A stretch of DNA of 56,209 nucleotides, filler included, from Ionaspis alba (lineage: Eukaryota), in NCBI GenBank assembly GCA_964255285.1. It is 2 parts of 2 records of this genome, joined end to end, with 100 filler letters (N's around TTAATTAATTAA, not from the genome) between each part and the next. Parts side by side here need not be neighbours in the genome. Positions count along the whole stretch, not along the records: positions 28,167 to 56,209 come from CAXUUL010000129.1; 1 more part is not named here. The stretch is one strand, 5' to 3'. Positions 51,591 through 56,209 of this stretch are shown one piece after another. The stretch's first letter is position 1. Each line of letters begins with the position of its first letter. The notes beneath the pieces were generated by a model. The model was not told the origin of the DNA, did not search any database, and saw only the letters and a program-made list of their open reading frames with translations. The translations under genes and the position numbers were made by a program.

Positions 51591-52874
51591 ATGGATCCAT
51601 CAGAGTCGAGTTCGTCGCCAGACACTGCCGAGTCTTCACCACCAACCCTGCCTCCGGCTTCCAAAAAGCGTAAACGCGATACAAAACCCCTCGAAGAATT
51701 AGAAGTCGATGTCGATGCCCCAGAACCACCGTCCAAGAAGGCCCTACGGAAGGCGAAGAAGGGCAAATCCACTTCCTCGGTTCCAGCCCCCAAGCTCGTG
51801 ATCACAGAAGATGCCTCCGACACTGAGGGTGCTGCGGTGTCCCGGGGTCCAGTGACATCCCAACGTTCAGAGCATGGTATATGGATAGGCAATTTGCCGT
51901 GGACTGCATCGAAAGAGGATCTTCGAAAGTTTCTCATCGACAATGCCGAGATTCAAGAGGAAGCGATTACGAGGATACACATGCCCGCTCCATCGCAGAC
52001 TACGGTGGAGGCGTCCAGACAACGGATAAAGCCGCAGAACAAGGGATTCGCATATGTCGACTTCTCCACGGAGCATGCTCTAGATGCTGCGGTTGCCCTC
52101 AGCGAGACTTTACTCTCCGGCAGACGGGTGCTGATCAAGAATGCTAAGAGCTTCGAGGGAAGACCCGACCCCGTGAAGGAAGATGGGGAGAAGGCCGTGC
52201 CAGGCGGAAAGCCGCCCAGCACACGCATATTTGTGGGGAATCTGGGCTTTGATACTACGAAAGAGGAGCTCTCGGAACATTTCTCCCGGTGTGGTGAGGT
52301 GGCAGATGCGTTTGTTGCCACGTTCGAGGATACGGGCAATTGCAAGGGCTATGCTTGGGTTACATTCGAGGATGTAGAGAGTGCTAAGAAGGCGGTACGG
52401 GGGTGGGTGGAGATGGAGCCTGAGCAGGAGAGTGAGGATAATGAGGAGGACGACGAAGGAGATGAGAGCAGGGAGGTAGAGAAGCCAAAGAAGAAACCTA
52501 GGGTCAGGAAGTGGTGGGTCAATAGAATCAAAGGGCGAGCTTTGCGCATGGAATTTGCGGAGGATAAGACTACCAGGTACAAGAAACGGTATGGGAAGGG
52601 TGGGAGTGCAAATAAAATTAGGGGAGATGAACAGGACATCCCGAAAGCTTTTGCTGATCCTTCGATTCTGGCTCCAACGGTGAATGGCTCTTCCAAGCCA
52701 GTCTACGGACATTCAAAGCCTTCGCACGAAAGGGAAGCCAGGCCAGTCGCCAGTGGGCGATATGAGAAGAAGGTTGATGCTCGAACTATCAAGCCTGGTG
52801 CAGCTTTGGTAGGCGCTCAAAGGTTGACGGGGGCAATGGTACCAAGTCAAGGGAAGAAAATCACGTTCGATTAG
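51591..52874 (+). CDS. Nucleolar two-RRM RNA-binding protein (Nop13/Rnp24-like)
   Basis: IWIGNL/KGFAYVDF and IFVGNL/KGYAWVTF RNP motifs; C-terminal GKKITFD; intronless. Confidence 0.88.
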   Translation: MDPSESSSSPDTAESSPPTLPPASKKRKRDTKPLEELEVDVDAPEPPSKKALRKAKKGKSTSSVPAPKLVITEDASDTEGAAVSRGPVTSQRSEHGIWIGNLPWTASKEDLRKFLIDNAEIQEEAITRIHMPAPSQTTVEASRQRIKPQNKGFAYVDFSTEHALDAAVALSETLLSGRRVLIKNAKSFEGRPDPVKEDGEKAVPGGKPPSTRIFVGNLGFDTTKEELSEHFSRCGEVADAFVATFEDTGNCKGYAWVTFEDVESAKKAVRGWVEMEPEQESEDNEEDDEGDESREVEKPKKKPRVRKWWVNRIKGRALRMEFAEDKTTRYKKRYGKGGSANKIRGDEQDIPKAFADPSILAPTVNGSSKPVYGHSKPSHEREARPVASGRYEKKVDARTIKPGAALVGAQRLTGAMVPSQGKKITFD

Positions 52875-53051
52875 AACGAAATGACAGTCTCAGGGTTCTC
52901 TTTCACGCTGCAAACCATGGAACATGGCTTAGAAGGTGTTGCAAGGGACCAGAGACGAAATGCTCCATGCCGACCAAAGTGACCTAGACAGTGATTCCAG
53001 TGCCGAGGACGATTGGAACATCATGATTGTCTCACTGGTTGTATATCAAGC

Positions 53052-54142
53052 TTACGCTGCAGCCATCGCCAGCATGACAACCTTTCTTCCCCTCTCTCCC
53101 CCGAGGTAATCCTGACTTTCCCCAGCTCCCGCCATCTGATCCTCCTGTATCTCCAGCGCCGCATCGTACGCCCTCATGACGGTCTCCTCGTCAACCCTAA
53201 CACCCCCTTCTACAAGCGCCCTAACACACCCCGCCAACCTTGCAATTTCCCTCCTCGTCGCAGGACCAATCTCGTCATTCTGACTCGAATAAATTGAGCT
53301 GCTGACCGTCTCCTCTAACCTCGTAATCGCCACCTGACTCGTGGCGGCCTCTGTCGCTATGTGTTTTGAGATCCAGATGTAGCCATTGACACCCAACACC
53401 ACATCCACCTCACCTCCTCCATTACCCGTATTGACTGTCCAAACCTGCCTCCTCGATCTCACCACTCCACCACCACCACCTGTCCCGGACACAGCAAGGA
53501 AGACTCCATTCCGCAACTTCCCATACTTCAACGACCGTGTATGCAACGAGGCCGACCCGTCCTGATAGATCGACTGCACCTCCGCGACCAGCAGATCACC
53601 CTCCGAAAAGAATGTTCTTATCTGTAATTCGTCTGTGGTAGTACGTTTGCGTAGGATACCGCCTGGCAGATTTATTGCGCTCAGAGGGAGATGTGCGAGT
53701 AGAGGTGCTGAGAGGTCGACTTTCCATCTTTTGGTTTGCACCTCAACGATACGGCCAACAACGAGGTCACCTATCTCGGGCGTGTATCGCGCGCGGAGGG
53801 GGCGCACGGAAAGGAGCTTGTTGGTGCGTTGGACGGTGCCGGCGACGGTGGCTATAATGGCAGTGGTGGAGGGGGTGATGAACGTGCCGTGGCCTCTGTG
53901 GGGTTTTAATATAAATGGCTTGGGCGGATGGAGCTAGTGAGATTGTACCTCATCCATTGCGGATCCTCTGTTATGCTTTCTCCTGGCGTTACTATTCCTT
54001 TGGCGGAGAGTCGAGCTCGTTTGGTGGGGCGAGGGTTGTCGGCCATGTCGATGTCGCCATCGGAGTCAAGGGAGGCATTGTCGGAAGAGCCTTGGTCAAA
54101 GGCGGGCTCAGCTGGAGCTGGAGGAAGGATAGAGATTGCCAT
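53052..54142 (-). CDS. RRP4: Exosome cap subunit Rrp4
   Basis: [67 protein letters not shown]; one intron. Confidence 0.97.
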
Positions 54143-54355
54143 GGCCAAGCCTGGTATGCGCGAGAGCGTTACGAAGTGGGTATAGGAAAGTATCGAAGTT
54201 ATTGGTTCAGGTATAAAATTCCAGCCCTACGCGAAAGTAGAAACGGGCCCAGTTCGATATCAGCACGGCCATAATTCGTCATTACAATAATTGGGCCTGG
54301 ATTTATTTATACACACATCAGTCAACTCCGCTAGACTGGAAAGCTAGCACGCTGG

Positions 54356-55764
54356 ATGTCTCTAGCCAGTATGCGGAGGACACCCTCCCCGCAGCTCTCA
54401 ACACCTCCGAATGGCTAGAAACCCTAAACTCCGAATCCTCGATCAAGGAGAACCACTCCCATTATTGGGGCAACGATCCATCCTGTCTCCTTACTTCTGG
54501 CTCCCTTGAGCCATTGAAAGTCGGTAATGGCCTAAGTATTTTCCAACGTACCCTCCTCCCTGCTTTTGAAGCAGCAGAGCACGAAGTCATCCTCGTGACA
54601 TGTTTCTGGGCGCGCTCCCCTACCCTCTCACACCTATCCGCCAGCCTCATTCATCTCTCCCAGAAAGCTTTGGCGCGCCCTGATGGCTCTAAAATCCGTG
54701 TCCGACTTTGTTTCTCCTCTCGCTCGCTTTTCCAGAAATTACTTCATACGTCTTCACGTGACGGTCATGTCTACCCAGCCTCGACATGGGTGAAGAAGCT
54801 AGGGTTGCCTCCGCCAGATAAGCTCCGTGGACTGGATCTTCAGGTCAAGAGCAAGTTCTTCCGACCCTTCAGCGTCATGCATCCTAAGTTCTTGGTTGTG
54901 GACCGCAAGATGGCTTTCATGCCCAGCTGTAATGTGAGCTGGGAGAATTGGCTTGAGTGCTGCGTTACCCTCACGGGACCTGTTGTCGGCAATCTCCTAC
55001 AGTTCTGGGACCATTTTTGGGCACGAGGCACTTTACCTACTCTCTCGCCGATCTCAAATGATTTACTGGCACCGGTCACTTCTACTCCATCCACAGTACC
55101 GATTCTTTTCCTTCCCTCGCAGCACCACACTGCCATGTCCTCCTCCTTCCCGTTCCTGCCCACCCCTCCACCACCCCCAACACCTCTTAATACTCTTCTC
55201 CTGCACCTTATCGGTCATGCCCAGCTCTCTATTTTGCTCTTCACCCCAAATTTGACCTCCCCACCTGTTATAAACGCTCTTCTCGAAGCTCTCGCTCGTG
55301 GCATCGACGTCTCTATAGCTACAAACCGTCGCATGATGATTCTCGAACAGCTTGTGACTGCAGGTACCATCACCGAAATCTGCGTGTGGAAGATGGTACG
55401 TGCTCATCAACGAATGCTCGCTCGTGCAGCCCAGAAACGACAGCATCGCGATGAACTGGTGAGAGTAGAAGAAGGGCGAGCGCACGAGAGGGTGGGAAGA
55501 TTGCTGGTCCAGTACTACAAACCTTCATCGAGTTTAGGCGAAGGCGAATTGAAATGCCATGTCAAGTGCACGATTGTGGATGGGGATATTGTAGTACTAG
55601 GGAGTGGGAACATGGATAAGGCCAGTTGGTATACAAGCCAAGAGTTGGGAATCGCGCTCTACGACGCAATGACTGTGCATGGGATTCGTGAAGCTCTGGA
55701 CGCAGGAATGGAGGGAAGGATGGAGATGCATTATCGTGGTGGTAGCATTCGTGATGAAGGTTGA
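54356..55764 (+). CDS. Phospholipase D superfamily protein with two HKD motifs
   Basis: MHPKFLVVD..SCN and CHVKCTIVD..GSGNMD..SQELG. Start uncertain: ATG at 54356 joins the frame through a putative intron 54369-54418. Confidence 0.88.
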
Positions 55765-56209
55765 TCTCAAGACATGGTGGACCGCCGCCGAATACATTTT
55801 TTGGCCAGAGTTATGACTCACTAAGATGTCCAAGAGCATGAGAATTTTGGCCATGAAAAGAGTTGTGAAGACGTTGGCCTGTAGGCCGATTTGATACTTG
55901 GGCAAGCAGCGCAAGTATGACCACAAACATTCCATTCAATTTAGTACTACGGCTGGCCCTCTTCCTTATTTCCTGGGTGGCAAGACTAGGATGTGTGTTG
56001 AACTTGGTATTGCCTTAGTATCACTCAATAACAAAATGCTGCACTAGCAGAATTCAAGAAGTCGTTCCGCCTAGTCTGCGAGACCGCTCTTCCCCTGTCT
56101 CGGGGGCCGTTCCTTTGTACCTTCATATCGTGGCTTGTCGGGACCATTTCTGCTTCTATCTCAATGGTGCCCCAGCACTCCCTCGCCGTCGACATCACAT
56201 GAGGCGCTC

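Overview
Eukaryotic, intron-containing DNA from a filamentous ascomycete (Pezizomycotina; finer taxonomy cannot be fixed from sequence alone). It is a gene-dense, mostly housekeeping region with about 20 genes, in order: pacC (3' truncated), a multi-LIM protein, a MAPEG protein, an accessory stretch at ~5.8-14 kb (hypothetical protein, secreted HExxH aspzincin-like protease, degenerate GGGAGCA repeats), a low-complexity protein with NuSAP-like and SxIP motifs, MOT1, an Ark1/Prk1 kinase, SPT6, STE7 MAPKK, an MBL-fold hydrolase, a YOR238W/DUF218-like gene, COQ7, RTF1, a PNUTS/Ppn1/Ref2-like PP1 regulator, SLY1, a Nop13-like RRM protein, RRP4 and a PLD-superfamily gene. There are four 100-nt scaffold gaps: two are false gaps with 55-nt overlaps and one contains an artificial spacer. 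Best leads: (1) the PNUTS-like gene has a 542-nt hairpin-rich intron upstream of all its recognisable domains, plus a GC-AG/NAGNAG intron and stop-free 3n introns, which suggests an RNA-level attenuation switch; (2) a candidate fungal NuSAP-like microtubule plus-end protein; (3) six PacC sites in 71 bp upstream of pacC. All gene calls are by-eye motif recognition and exon boundaries were inferred manually; no searches were run.
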